A program made the translations under genes and the position numbers. This document shows, in pieces, positions 17,124 through 26,826 of a DNA stretch of 62,221 nt; positions within the stretch are counted from its first letter, which is position 1, and each line of letters starts with the position of its first letter. The stretch comes from a virus (Duplodnaviria > Caudoviricetes), in the IMG/VR virus record IMGVR_UViG_3300008740_000006, positions 1 to 62,221 of that record. The stretch is one strand, 5' to 3'. The notes under the pieces were generated by a model, which worked only from the letters and a program-made list of their open reading frames with translations, had not been told where the DNA came from and searched no databases.

Positions 17124-17125
17124 AG

Positions 17126-17566
17126 ATGGGAACCACTACGTTTAGTGGGCCGGTAAAAGCTGGAAACATTTACAATACGACTGGAACGACTGCCGGAACC
17201 GATATGGCAAATGTCGGCTTTGCGGTTATGGCTCAGTCTGCTTCCATTTCAGAAACTGGAGATGGTGCGACTACGGGGATTGTGATTCCTGCCAAGAGCC
17301 AGATTGTTGGGATTTTTATCTATCCCACAGTTTCGTTTGAAGGAAATGTAACCCTTGGCAGTACGGTTAATGGAACAGACCTTTCAGCGGCCCTGACTGC
17401 ACCGGCTGATAATAGTCGTAGCATTTTTGCTCCTGCAACCAACGAAGTGTGGCACGACATTGGTGACACTGACTTTGAGGTTTTCCACGACAGTACCAAC
17501 GCTGGCGCTGGTAACGGGCTTGCCGTTATTACTGTTGAATATGTGCAGGCAATCGACCTGTTGTAA
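17126..17566 (+). CDS. Virion structural protein (MGTTTFSGPV family)
   Basis: Characteristic N-terminus seen after gpT-like capsid genes. Confidence 0.75.
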   Translation: MGTTTFSGPVKAGNIYNTTGTTAGTDMANVGFAVMAQSASISETGDGATTGIVIPAKSQIVGIFIYPTVSFEGNVTLGSTVNGTDLSAALTAPADNSRSIFAPATNEVWHDIGDTDFEVFHDSTNAGAGNGLAVITVEYVQAIDLL

Positions 17567-17572
17567 TCCACT

Positions 17573-17601
17573 GGGGGCACCTTCTGGTGCCCCCTTCTTC
17601 T
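17573..17601 (+). terminator. Probable terminator
   Basis: GGGGGCACC-TTCT-GGTGCCCCC then TTCTTCT. Confidence 0.55.
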
Positions 17602-17612
17602 GGTGACTTCCA

Positions 17613-17951
17613 ATGCTGATTGGTTCCGAAGAACAGAATACGAACAATGTTCATTCCAAGAGGATCGCCACTGTTGATACAACTGGTGATACTGCTGTAG
17701 GTAGACCGGCCAACTTGGTTGGGTTCTGGGTTATGCCGGGTTCAGAAAATAGTGTGTTTAGTTTTTATAACGATACAGATGGAGCCGCCATTGGTCTCGT
17801 GTTTCTTGAATTGGATGTTCCCAAAATTGGTGGTGACGACGCACAGCAATGTCTTGGAATGACACTTCCCGGTAACGGAATTAGATTTGATAAAGGAATC
17901 TGGGTTGTGGGTTCGGTTAATGCTGGTTCTTTAACAGTTTTTTACCAATGA
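17613..17951 (+). CDS. Small structural protein, paralog 1
   Basis: GRPANLVGFW...GMTLPGNGIRFDKGIWV...VFYQ. Confidence 0.75.
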   Translation: MLIGSEEQNTNNVHSKRIATVDTTGDTAVGRPANLVGFWVMPGSENSVFSFYNDTDGAAIGLVFLELDVPKIGGDDAQQCLGMTLPGNGIRFDKGIWVVGSVNAGSLTVFYQ

Positions 17952-18011
17952 CCTGTCTTTGTCCAACATAAAGGAATGTGACCATGATTCAAATGAACGA
18001 GGTTATTCAAT

Positions 18012-18356
18012 ATGGCTTTTACAAATAACACTCTTTCCGTTCGGGTTCCCACCCCGGACGATGATGGTGCTAGTGGAGTTGGTCGCCCCTGTAATTTGCG
18101 GGGTTTTTGGTTTGGACCCGGAACTTCCGACGTTGTAGTCAAGCTTTACAACAGCACAATCTCGGCTGATGGCGGAGGTACTTTTGACTCTACGACCCTT
18201 CTTCTTGAGATTGATGCGATGAAGGAGGGTGATCCCAACTACCAGCAGGCAACCGGAATGACGTTGCCTGGAAATGGAATTAGATTCGATGAAGGAATCT
18301 GGGTTATTGGTGCTGCTGCCAACACCATTGCAGGCATCACCCTTTTCTATCAGTGA
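18012..18356 (+). CDS. Small structural protein, paralog 2
   Basis: GRPCNLRGFW...GMTLPGNGIRFDEGIWV...LFYQ. Confidence 0.75.
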   Translation: MAFTNNTLSVRVPTPDDDGASGVGRPCNLRGFWFGPGTSDVVVKLYNSTISADGGGTFDSTTLLLEIDAMKEGDPNYQQATGMTLPGNGIRFDEGIWVIGAAANTIAGITLFYQ

Positions 18357-18359
18357 CCT

Positions 18360-18653
18360 ATGTCTAGGGATATTTCCGTGACCTCGTTCTGGTCGATTGT
18401 GTCCATCGTGGCCGCCTGCATTGGCGGCCTTTTGTTTGTGATGATGAGCCACGCGAACACACCCAAGCATTCCGGGGCAGCAAGGGAAGAGGCGGTTTCA
18501 AGCCTTGAGGTCAAGGTGGAGCGAGTTGCCACCAAGGTGGACAGTAACCGATACATCTTGGAAGAAGTGAAGGACGATCTCAGAGACATGAGGGCTGAGC
18601 AGAACACATACACAGAGGCTGTTCTGGAAGCCATCGAGAGGAATGGTCACTGA
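18360..18653 (+). CDS. Membrane-anchored coiled-coil protein
   Basis: N-terminal TM helix then heptads. Confidence 0.65.
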   Translation: MSRDISVTSFWSIVSIVAACIGGLLFVMMSHANTPKHSGAAREEAVSSLEVKVERVATKVDSNRYILEEVKDDLRDMRAEQNTYTEAVLEAIERNGH

Positions 18654-19402
18654 TGGCGATTAGCGGGACTTACATATTCAACCCCGATGTAACCGAGCTT
18701 GTAGAAGAGGCTTACGAACGGGCTGGTCTTGAGATGAGATCAGGTTATGACCTTCGCACTGCGAGGAGAAGCCTGAACTTCTTGATGCTGGAATGGCAGA
18801 ACAGGGGTATCAATCTTTGGACAATCGAAGAGAAGACTCTGGAAACTTCTGCTTACGGTGGTCTTAGCAGTCAGCTTGTCAAGGGTGTTAGTAAGTATGA
18901 CATAGCGACTGGGACCATCGGTTTGCTCGATGTCATCCTTCGTACAAATGATGGGTCCACTTCCAGTCAGGCCGACTATCACATCTCTCGCATCTCTGAG
19001 CCGACTTACGCAAACATTCCAAACAAGTTGACACAGGCTCGTCCTTTGCAGTTCCTTTTTGACAGAAAGGAGATCCTGGGTGCTGGAACAGATGGAGCGG
19101 ATCAGCCGTCCACGATCACGTTCTGGCCGGTTCCTGATGACAGCGAAAAGTACAAGGTGATCTATTGGAGGATTTCGAGAATCGCTGACGTTGGCAATCT
19201 CGGTTCTAACACCATGCAGGTTCCAGATAGATTTCTCCCTGCACTGGTTTCTGGCTTGGCTTATCAGATTGCAATGAAGCGACCAGAGGCTGCTCCTCGT
19301 GTTGTTCCTTTGAAGCAACAGTATGAGGAGTTGTTCAAAGAAGCTGCCGACGAGGACAGGGTGAAGACTTCTGCCAGATTTGTTCCGAGGGTTGGCTACT
19401 AG
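18653..19402 (+). CDS. Head-tail adaptor protein
   Basis: EEAYERAG...GYDLRTARRSLN...WQNRGINLWT...PDRFLPALVSGLAY. Confidence 0.8.
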   Translation: MAISGTYIFNPDVTELVEEAYERAGLEMRSGYDLRTARRSLNFLMLEWQNRGINLWTIEEKTLETSAYGGLSSQLVKGVSKYDIATGTIGLLDVILRTNDGSTSSQADYHISRISEPTYANIPNKLTQARPLQFLFDRKEILGAGTDGADQPSTITFWPVPDDSEKYKVIYWRISRIADVGNLGSNTMQVPDRFLPALVSGLAYQIAMKRPEAAPRVVPLKQQYEELFKEAADEDRVKTSARFVPRVGY

Positions 19403-19404
19403 GA

Positions 19405-20202
19405 ATGTCTGGTCCCTATGCAGTTGGTAAGCATGCGTTTGGCTTTTGTGATCGCTGTGGCTTCCGATACCCGCTGGTCGAATTGAAGAACGAAGTGATC
19501 GCTCTGCAGGAAACTTCTCTGAAGGTTTGCCCCGAGTGTTGGGACCCTGACAATCCGCAGAACAATCTTGGAAGATTCACATTCGATGACGCCCAGGCTT
19601 TGAGGAATCCGAGGCCACCGCTTGGTCTTGTCGAGAGTCGTTACGGTGATGCAATTCGCAATGACTTCCTTTTGGGAACAGTCACCAATGAACCAAGAAA
19701 TGCGATTGAGGGTTGGTTTTACAATACTTATCCTTTTGGAGAAACAACTTCTTGGAACTCCACTGATAAGACAATTTACTGTGACAACCAGGGGGACGTA
19801 GAGAATACAAGTGCAGGACTTGTAAATTATGAGTACTACAGCGGTGGGGGTGGCCTTTCTGTTGATGCTTCGGTTTACAAGTTTGTTCGCGTTAGGATGC
19901 GGATTGTAGACAGAGGGACAGACACTCAGGACAATGCTTGGGATGGGGCATTCAGGTGGTACATCGGTGATCCATCGATTTATCTTGCGACACCGTTCGC
20001 CCAAAACCCACCTCGCTTTGTTCCTTCTCCTGACTTCAATGCAATGGGAGATCCTTGGCATATTATTACTTGGGATATGCGAAATGTTTCAGATTGGACT
20101 GGAACTGTAACTGGGGCATCTTTTGATTTTTTCGAGTACACAAGTACTACAACTACAAAGAAGCTTATCGAAGTGGATTGGATTCGGTTTGAGAGTTCAT
20201 AG
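19405..20202 (+). CDS. CxxC-CxxC neck protein with C-terminal beta-sandwich extension
   Basis: CDRCGFRY...VCPECWDPDNPQ...QALRNPRP followed by an aromatic-rich domain. Confidence 0.7.
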   Translation: MSGPYAVGKHAFGFCDRCGFRYPLVELKNEVIALQETSLKVCPECWDPDNPQNNLGRFTFDDAQALRNPRPPLGLVESRYGDAIRNDFLLGTVTNEPRNAIEGWFYNTYPFGETTSWNSTDKTIYCDNQGDVENTSAGLVNYEYYSGGGGLSVDASVYKFVRVRMRIVDRGTDTQDNAWDGAFRWYIGDPSIYLATPFAQNPPRFVPSPDFNAMGDPWHIITWDMRNVSDWTGTVTGASFDFFEYTSTTTTKKLIEVDWIRFESS

Positions 20203-20208
20203 GGGGGC

Positions 20209-20439
20209 GTGCTGATGCCCAAGGTTGGTGACAAGACATTTGAATACTCTCCGCAGGGAATGAGAGAAGCTCAGGAGTATGCGGCCAAGACGGGTCTCCC
20301 TGTTGAGAAGTCTCAGAGATACCATGTGGGTGGAATTGTTTGTCCTTCGGATAAGGCCAAGGGCAAGAAGAATGTTCGTGGTATGGGAATCGCTCGTAGG
20401 GGTGGGAGCTTCAATCCCACTGAGAACTCTCACAGTTAG
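20209..20439 (+). CDS. Small virion-associated protein
   Basis: MPKVGDKTFEYS...YHVGGIV...VRGMGIARRG. Confidence 0.7.
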   Translation: MLMPKVGDKTFEYSPQGMREAQEYAAKTGLPVEKSQRYHVGGIVCPSDKAKGKKNVRGMGIARRGGSFNPTENSHS

Positions 20440-20448
20440 GATCTGCCG

Positions 20449-21477
20449 ATGAACTATTCCCAGTTGAAACAAGAGATTCAGGATTATTGCCAGAACAATG
20501 AATCCACTTTTGTTAGCAACATCGACAACTTCATTCGGGCAGCAGAGGACAAGATCTTTTCAGCATTGGAGCTTCCTGCTTTTTGGAAGTCCGATTCCAC
20601 AATCTCCCTGTCTGCAGACACTCCAGAGTACACCCTCAAGGCCGGAACTATTGATGTCTTGTCTGTGAGAATCTCTGCTGGCTTGTATTCTTTGAATACA
20701 AGTAGTTCTTCTACTTATCCTTATCCGATAGCGACTCTTCCGGGTCCGGGCTTGTTGATTTACAAGAACGGAATCAGCGGCTCTCCCGTTAACTTGCTTG
20801 CAACAGATTCTGTTTATCTCTCTGGACTAACTGGCACAGTAGCTAGCTTGGACACAGATGACCTGAACGGAGAGTGGTGGGATGTTGGTTCGGTTACGGA
20901 TGACTACTTCACAATAGCTGGTCCGACAGTGTCCAGTGTGCAGACTACTGGTGGTGGAGATAATGGTAAGTTCCGCAGGAAGAATGCTGCCGGGGTTGTA
21001 GATGAATTGGGTCCAGTCAGTTACTTGCTTCGCAAGGACTACGACTTCCTATTAGAGGCATACCCGGGAAGTTCTGGAGCCATGACAACGGGTACTCCTC
21101 TGTACTATTCGATTTCCTCTTCGGGCGTAGATGCAACATCTACCAGTGATCCGAATATGACAATTCGGGTTGGACCCATTCCAGATACTTCTCTTCCATT
21201 GGTAGTTACTTACTATGGAAAGACTACATCTGATTCTATTACTGGTGGTACGACAACAACGACCACTTGGCTTTCAACAACCTTCCCCGATGTGCTGTTG
21301 AACGGATCACTTGTTCACGCTTACTTGTTTATGAAGAGTGATCCTGAAGTGGTTCAGATCTACGAGAGGCAGTACTCGGAAGGCATTCTTCTTTTGAAGA
21401 ACATTGCAGATACAAGGCAGCAGTCTGGAGACTATCGTCGCAGTCCAGCGACGGACCTGAATCTCCCGCCTCAATAA
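20449..21477 (+). CDS. Head-tail connector/adaptor with internal insertion
   Basis: MNYSQLKQEIQDY...FIRAAEDKI and TTWLS..PDVLLNGSLVHAYLFMK termini. Confidence 0.75.
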   Translation: MNYSQLKQEIQDYCQNNESTFVSNIDNFIRAAEDKIFSALELPAFWKSDSTISLSADTPEYTLKAGTIDVLSVRISAGLYSLNTSSSSTYPYPIATLPGPGLLIYKNGISGSPVNLLATDSVYLSGLTGTVASLDTDDLNGEWWDVGSVTDDYFTIAGPTVSSVQTTGGGDNGKFRRKNAAGVVDELGPVSYLLRKDYDFLLEAYPGSSGAMTTGTPLYYSISSSGVDATSTSDPNMTIRVGPIPDTSLPLVVTYYGKTTSDSITGGTTTTTTWLSTTFPDVLLNGSLVHAYLFMKSDPEVVQIYERQYSEGILLLKNIADTRQQSGDYRRSPATDLNLPPQ

Positions 21478-21486
21478 GGACCGTAA

Positions 21487-24369
21487 ATGGCTACTACTTT
21501 CAGTTCAAACTATCAGATCAAGCTCATTGGTGACGGTCTTGAGGCTGGAACTTGGGGTTCATCTACCAACCAGAATCTCCAGAGGTTGGAGGAAGCAATT
21601 GGTGGCAGCTACGTCTCCCTAGACATCACCAGTCCTGGCTCTGCCTCCACTTACGAGGGAGATGCGGGTGCAAATACCCTGTGGTGGGTAACGTCAAATT
21701 CTGCTCCTGCCGGACATGAAAATGCGTCAGGCAGGAGTAAGTACATTGTACTTACTGGTTCCGTTGGTGCAGACCAGACGGTGAAGATTTACGGGGATGA
21801 TACTGATATCAATCCAGAACGTGTCTTCTTTGTCAAGAATGGAATAACCGCTCCGTATGACATTATTCTGCAGTGTGATGATTCGTCTCCTGGTACATAC
21901 ACACTCAAGAATGGTGCATACGCAGCGATCTATACCAATTCATCTGCATCTCCAAAGATTGGAAATGTTCTTAGCAACATGCAGGTTGAGGGAGTTGTTC
22001 TTGCTGGTGCCACTGGAGAGCCCGCGATCTCTGTACCAACAAACTTGGCAGACGCTCTCTCGATTGAGGACGATGCCTCTTCCCCCTCCACGCTTCTGCA
22101 ACTAGACACCAGAGATGATGTCACTGCGAATATTGATTCTATCGTCAGGTCGCCAGCCGAATCCGGTCCTATCGGTACAGCCACAAAAACCAAGCCCGTT
22201 GTTGTGACTGCGACAAATACCTTTGTTGAGAACGATGTAATTAGAATTACTGGTGTTGCTGGCATGGATGAGATCAACAGGGTCTTCAAGGTTATTGCCA
22301 GTGATGGCTCTACCTTTAGCATCAAGACACTTGCCGGTAACGATGTAGATGGTACTGACTTTGGTGCGTGGACGACTTCCACGGGAACGGCAGTTGGAAC
22401 AACTGCGCTTGTCACAACCGATGTCGCTCACTCTTTCGCAAATAACGACCGAGTCAAGATAACCGGCCTTGTCGCAGACAAGATGACTTCGGTCAACAAC
22501 AAGACATTCACTATCGATACAGCTACGCCCGGTCTTGGTGATGATGAGTTCAATCTTGTTGGAATTGATGTATCTGGTGATGATGATGAGGTGTCTGGTT
22601 CAGGCGGTGTTGCAACCCAGGTGCTTCGCGCTGTGGATTTCAAGGATGTTGGCAACTTAGATATAGACGCCAATGTCTTGGACATATCCACCCAGTCAAC
22701 CGTTGTGACGGTTGCTGATGATACGGATAGTTCGCTCGGTGTGTTTCAAGCTGGCAACAGCTACATCGAGATAGACACTACGGACTCTTCGGAGCGGGTT
22801 GTTATTGGAAGGGACTCCTCTGACTGCGACAAGCTGGATATCGATACCGCCACTGTAGATCTTACTTCACAGGCAACGACACTTCTCCTTACGGAGGGAA
22901 GTGCGACAAGCCTGGATGTATGGGAGACAGCGCCAACTACTGGCGAAGGTGGTGTTCAGTTGATCACGGTGGACACAACCACACCGAAGGTCACTGTTCC
23001 GGTTGAACTTGAAGCAGGTGGTTCTCTTGAGGTTACGGGGAACTTGGATGTCAATAGCACTTCTGACTTCGCCGACACAGCCACGTTCGCGAAGCTGGCT
23101 ATGGATGGTTCCGGCGGGGACATAGATCTCACTGCTGGTGCGGAAGACATTAATATATCTGGTGGGACGAGTGCCCTGAATGTCCAAGAGGTACGGACGT
23201 ACATTGTACCTGATCCGCCAGTGAGCGGACCGATGCAAGGTCCCTTTCAGAACACAGAGACACTAGTTTACGATCAGGTTAAGGTTTATTTTCCCGACTA
23301 CGACAGGTTTGTTGGAGAAACCCTGACCATTTCTGGTCAAACTACTGACGAGAATCCTTATTACACTGCGTCCCAACTCAATGGCGAACACACGATTATT
23401 GAAACTCAGTCAACCAATTGGCTAACTGTTCAGATTTCTGGATCGAGTGCGACAAGCGCAACTACGATTGGTGATGTGGGTATAAAGCTATCCTTTTCAC
23501 CCAGGGACTACCTGAACTTCGACACAACGAACAAGTTGCTGGAAGTGGGGAAGACTGCTTTTGGAACTTCTGAGCAAGAGACGGTTGTTCCAACATTCCC
23601 CAACGCTCTTCTCACCGGCACTGCTGGCTATCTGGCTTTCAATGCCTTGGATCTTGCCAATCTCAGTTCCAGTTATGGCATTCGGAATAACAGCGGAACT
23701 GTTCAGGGAAGAAATAATGTTGCGGCCCAAGACTGGACTGGCCTTGTAACGACAACTCCTAATGATGGAGTTGTAACTGGTCTTACTACACCATTGGTAG
23801 CTATCACCTCAAATCCCACGGTAACTGTTAACAGCGATGGTGTTGATAGGGCTACTGGTGATCGTGTGACAATCAGTGGTCAAACATCTACCCAGCATGG
23901 TCTGACTGCTGAAGATATCAATGGCACTTATGTGATTACTCGCAAGGATGTGGATTCTTATTACATTACGATGCAGGATTCACTCCCAACGTCGGGTGGA
24001 GCGTTTGGAGACTCAACTCTTCGCTTCCAGTATGTAAGTCGTGCAACGGACCAAGAAACTAAAGAGGTTTCCGGTTCGTTTGATATTGGTCCGCTTCGGT
24101 TCATTTTCAATACAGTGGATGCAGAAGGGGATGGACATTCATCGGGGGATATCACTCTTGGCGATACCGGAAAGGGAACATCTGTCACGATGAACTCACA
24201 ACTTTATTTGGTTCTTGCAACTCAGGCCGAGCAGAATGATGTTAATAATAATGTTACTGCCACGATTTTAGTTGGAACTCTCAAAGAAGGTGCTTTGAAG
24301 TTTAACTTTGGAGTCCCTGATGGAAAAAGAAGGTGTACCTACTTGGCGATAGGTGATTCGGGTAACTGA
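21487..24369 (+). CDS. Tail fibre/spike protein 1
   Basis: GLEAGTWGSSTNQNL N-terminal anchor; T/S/G/D-rich beta repeats. Confidence 0.75.
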   Translation: MATTFSSNYQIKLIGDGLEAGTWGSSTNQNLQRLEEAIGGSYVSLDITSPGSASTYEGDAGANTLWWVTSNSAPAGHENASGRSKYIVLTGSVGADQTVKIYGDDTDINPERVFFVKNGITAPYDIILQCDDSSPGTYTLKNGAYAAIYTNSSASPKIGNVLSNMQVEGVVLAGATGEPAISVPTNLADALSIEDDASSPSTLLQLDTRDDVTANIDSIVRSPAESGPIGTATKTKPVVVTATNTFVENDVIRITGVAGMDEINRVFKVIASDGSTFSIKTLAGNDVDGTDFGAWTTSTGTAVGTTALVTTDVAHSFANNDRVKITGLVADKMTSVNNKTFTIDTATPGLGDDEFNLVGIDVSGDDDEVSGSGGVATQVLRAVDFKDVGNLDIDANVLDISTQSTVVTVADDTDSSLGVFQAGNSYIEIDTTDSSERVVIGRDSSDCDKLDIDTATVDLTSQATTLLLTEGSATSLDVWETAPTTGEGGVQLITVDTTTPKVTVPVELEAGGSLEVTGNLDVNSTSDFADTATFAKLAMDGSGGDIDLTAGAEDINISGGTSALNVQEVRTYIVPDPPVSGPMQGPFQNTETLVYDQVKVYFPDYDRFVGETLTISGQTTDENPYYTASQLNGEHTIIETQSTNWLTVQISGSSATSATTIGDVGIKLSFSPRDYLNFDTTNKLLEVGKTAFGTSEQETVVPTFPNALLTGTAGYLAFNALDLANLSSSYGIRNNSGTVQGRNNVAAQDWTGLVTTTPNDGVVTGLTTPLVAITSNPTVTVNSDGVDRATGDRVTISGQTSTQHGLTAEDINGTYVITRKDVDSYYITMQDSLPTSGGAFGDSTLRFQYVSRATDQETKEVSGSFDIGPLRFIFNTVDAEGDGHSSGDITLGDTGKGTSVTMNSQLYLVLATQAEQNDVNNNVTATILVGTLKEGALKFNFGVPDGKRRCTYLAIGDSGN

Positions 24370-24372
24370 TCG

Positions 24373-26826
24373 ATGTTGAAGCGTGTTGCGATTCCTCCCG
24401 GCATAGATAAAGAGTCTACGCAGTATTCTGCTGCGGGCCGGTGGTTTGACTGTAACAACATGCGCTTCCGTGGTGGTGTGCCGGAAGTAATTGGTGGTTG
24501 GTCGCAAGATGGAAGCTACACGCTAGAGGGGCTGGCGCGTGCCTCGTTCACATCAAGGGATTACAGCGGAAACAACTTCCAGTTTGTTGGCACAGATTGG
24601 AAGTACTATGTGATCTCTGGTGATGGCGCACATGATATTACGCCCGTTCGTGCAGACGGCACGGTTTCTATGGTTTTCAAAAGTGAAAATTTGAAGCCAA
24701 ATATCCGTGTCACTCATACTAATCATGGTCTTTCCGTTGATGACTGGGTTGTTTTTACCAGTGGTATAACTGCCGATCTTGGAGATGTGACATCTGAAAT
24801 ATTGATGCAGCCTGAAGGTTTTCAGGTTTCTTGGGTTGATAGTCCTGATGTCTATTACATCTACACTGTCAACAGGACGGTTGATCCACCTGTTGTTGTT
24901 CTACCAGATGCTTCTGAGGAAACTTTTGCGAGTACAGGTTATTCGTACAAGGTTACCTCTGGTATCAGCACCGTTGTTACTGGTTCTGGTTGGGGTGCTG
25001 GTGAGTGGGGTGGCGATGAGGATCTGAAGACGGTTTATGATCTCGTTGAAGATCCTATTGGCTACGAGCAGGATAATGGGTTGGGAACGGAGGGTGGATA
25101 CTGGGTCAAGATTCCTGATGGAATGTTGTCCGAGCTTCCGTCTGTAGATACAGGGGATTCAACGATTCCTCTTTCGTCAGATGCTGAGGATGCTGGCTTC
25201 AGGATACTTATTCGTGGTCTTAATTCTCTTGAACTTGTTAATGGTATAAGTTCTGTCTATTTACTCCAGAATTATGGTGTTGGCTTTTGGGATGTTTCCC
25301 TGAAGAGGGCATACATTTATCCGGTACAGGGTGCGATTGGTAGTGGTGCGACACCGTTTCCCGCACCTTCAAATCCTGAACCATCTTATGGTGGTGGAAC
25401 TGATGGGAATATCTGCCTAACCCTTCGTGGTTGGGGGACTGCATCTTCTGTCCAGCTTGCAACGGATGAGCTTCGTCGGGTCTACATCGACAACTACGGT
25501 GAAGATGTGATGTTCTGCAATAGTGGGGGGCCGATCTATTATTGGGATGTTAGTGAGAATACATCGACGGGTGTTCCCGTTGTGGGTGAATCCGGTGTTG
25601 CCGTTGCAATGACAAAGACTTCTGTGTTTACAGAAGCTGTTGGTGTGCCTTCTGTTGTTGATAGCTTTTTGATTTCCAAGAAAGATGGTCATTGTGTTGC
25701 TCTGGGCTGTAACGATTTGGGAGCGGTTCCAGAGGTTATGAACTCACTTCTTGTGAGGTGGTCTGACCAAAGCAATCCATTTGATTGGATTCCGACAGCA
25801 ACCAATACTTCTGGTGGTCAGGTGTTGCGAGTTGGTTCTCGGATTATCGGTGGCGTAAGCACCAAGGACGAGGTGGTTATCTTCACGGATGCGGCTGTCT
25901 ATTCGATGAGATTCATCGGGGCTCCTGTCACATTTAGTTTCACATTGATTACGGAAGGAGTTGAGCTTCTGTCTCCTCTTTGCGCTGTCAATGTTGTGAA
26001 TTCTGTTTTCTTCATGGGGAACGACGGCTTCTATACTTACACCGGATCGGTTGCCCCGTTGCCCTCCACTGTTTCCAAGTATGTTTTCGATGACATCAAT
26101 TTGTCAGAGAAGGGCAAGGCGTTTGCTGCGGTGAACTCAGCCTTTTCTGAAGTGATGTGGTTCTATCCATCAAGGGATTCCTTTGAACCGGACAGATATG
26201 TGGTGTTCAACTACGAAGAGAATGTTTGGTCTATTGGAAAATTTGATATGTCTTCATTGAGCTACGCAACTGGTGGAGGCGAGTCGTATGCAAGAACCTC
26301 TTGGAGGGATGCAATCGTTTACAGCAATCCAATGGCGACATACATCTCTAACTACAATCCGTTGTCAACTGGCGAAAAATATTCAACTGTTCCGATGGTG
26401 AAGAATTCTGCCGTGATGGTTCACGAGAAAGGATCTTCTGCTCAGAGCAAGGGACTAGATCCCTACATTGAAAGTGGTGAAGTTGAAATTGGAGAAGGGG
26501 ATTTCTTTTCCTTTGTGTCTCGGATCATTCCAGATTTGCAGTTGTTTGATTATCAAGACCCCCTCCTTACCAGTGAGCCTGTTGTGAACATCTCCTTGTT
26601 CGGCAGAGACTATCCAGGCAATGCTGTTTCTTCTTCTTCAAGTACGGATGTCACGTTTGCCAGAGATGGCAGTTTACTGACTGGAACCTATGAGCCAACA
26701 GGAAGTAGTACTGCCATCCGAATGCGTGCAAGAACTATTGCTATGAAGTTGAGTAGTGGAAGTACGAGTTTCAAGTGGAGGTCTGGTGCTATTCGATTTG
26801 ATGCCAGACCGGATGGTATGCGTTGA
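24373..26826 (+). CDS. Tail nozzle/stabilisation protein (beta-propeller)
   Basis: PGIDKEST...WFDCNNMRFRGG.PE.IGGW; LVRWSDQ; EVMWFYPS; PDGMR end. Confidence 0.8.
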   Translation: MLKRVAIPPGIDKESTQYSAAGRWFDCNNMRFRGGVPEVIGGWSQDGSYTLEGLARASFTSRDYSGNNFQFVGTDWKYYVISGDGAHDITPVRADGTVSMVFKSENLKPNIRVTHTNHGLSVDDWVVFTSGITADLGDVTSEILMQPEGFQVSWVDSPDVYYIYTVNRTVDPPVVVLPDASEETFASTGYSYKVTSGISTVVTGSGWGAGEWGGDEDLKTVYDLVEDPIGYEQDNGLGTEGGYWVKIPDGMLSELPSVDTGDSTIPLSSDAEDAGFRILIRGLNSLELVNGISSVYLLQNYGVGFWDVSLKRAYIYPVQGAIGSGATPFPAPSNPEPSYGGGTDGNICLTLRGWGTASSVQLATDELRRVYIDNYGEDVMFCNSGGPIYYWDVSENTSTGVPVVGESGVAVAMTKTSVFTEAVGVPSVVDSFLISKKDGHCVALGCNDLGAVPEVMNSLLVRWSDQSNPFDWIPTATNTSGGQVLRVGSRIIGGVSTKDEVVIFTDAAVYSMRFIGAPVTFSFTLITEGVELLSPLCAVNVVNSVFFMGNDGFYTYTGSVAPLPSTVSKYVFDDINLSEKGKAFAAVNSAFSEVMWFYPSRDSFEPDRYVVFNYEENVWSIGKFDMSSLSYATGGGESYARTSWRDAIVYSNPMATYISNYNPLSTGEKYSTVPMVKNSAVMVHEKGSSAQSKGLDPYIESGEVEIGEGDFFSFVSRIIPDLQLFDYQDPLLTSEPVVNISLFGRDYPGNAVSSSSSTDVTFARDGSLLTGTYEPTGSSTAIRMRARTIAMKLSSGSTSFKWRSGAIRFDARPDGMR

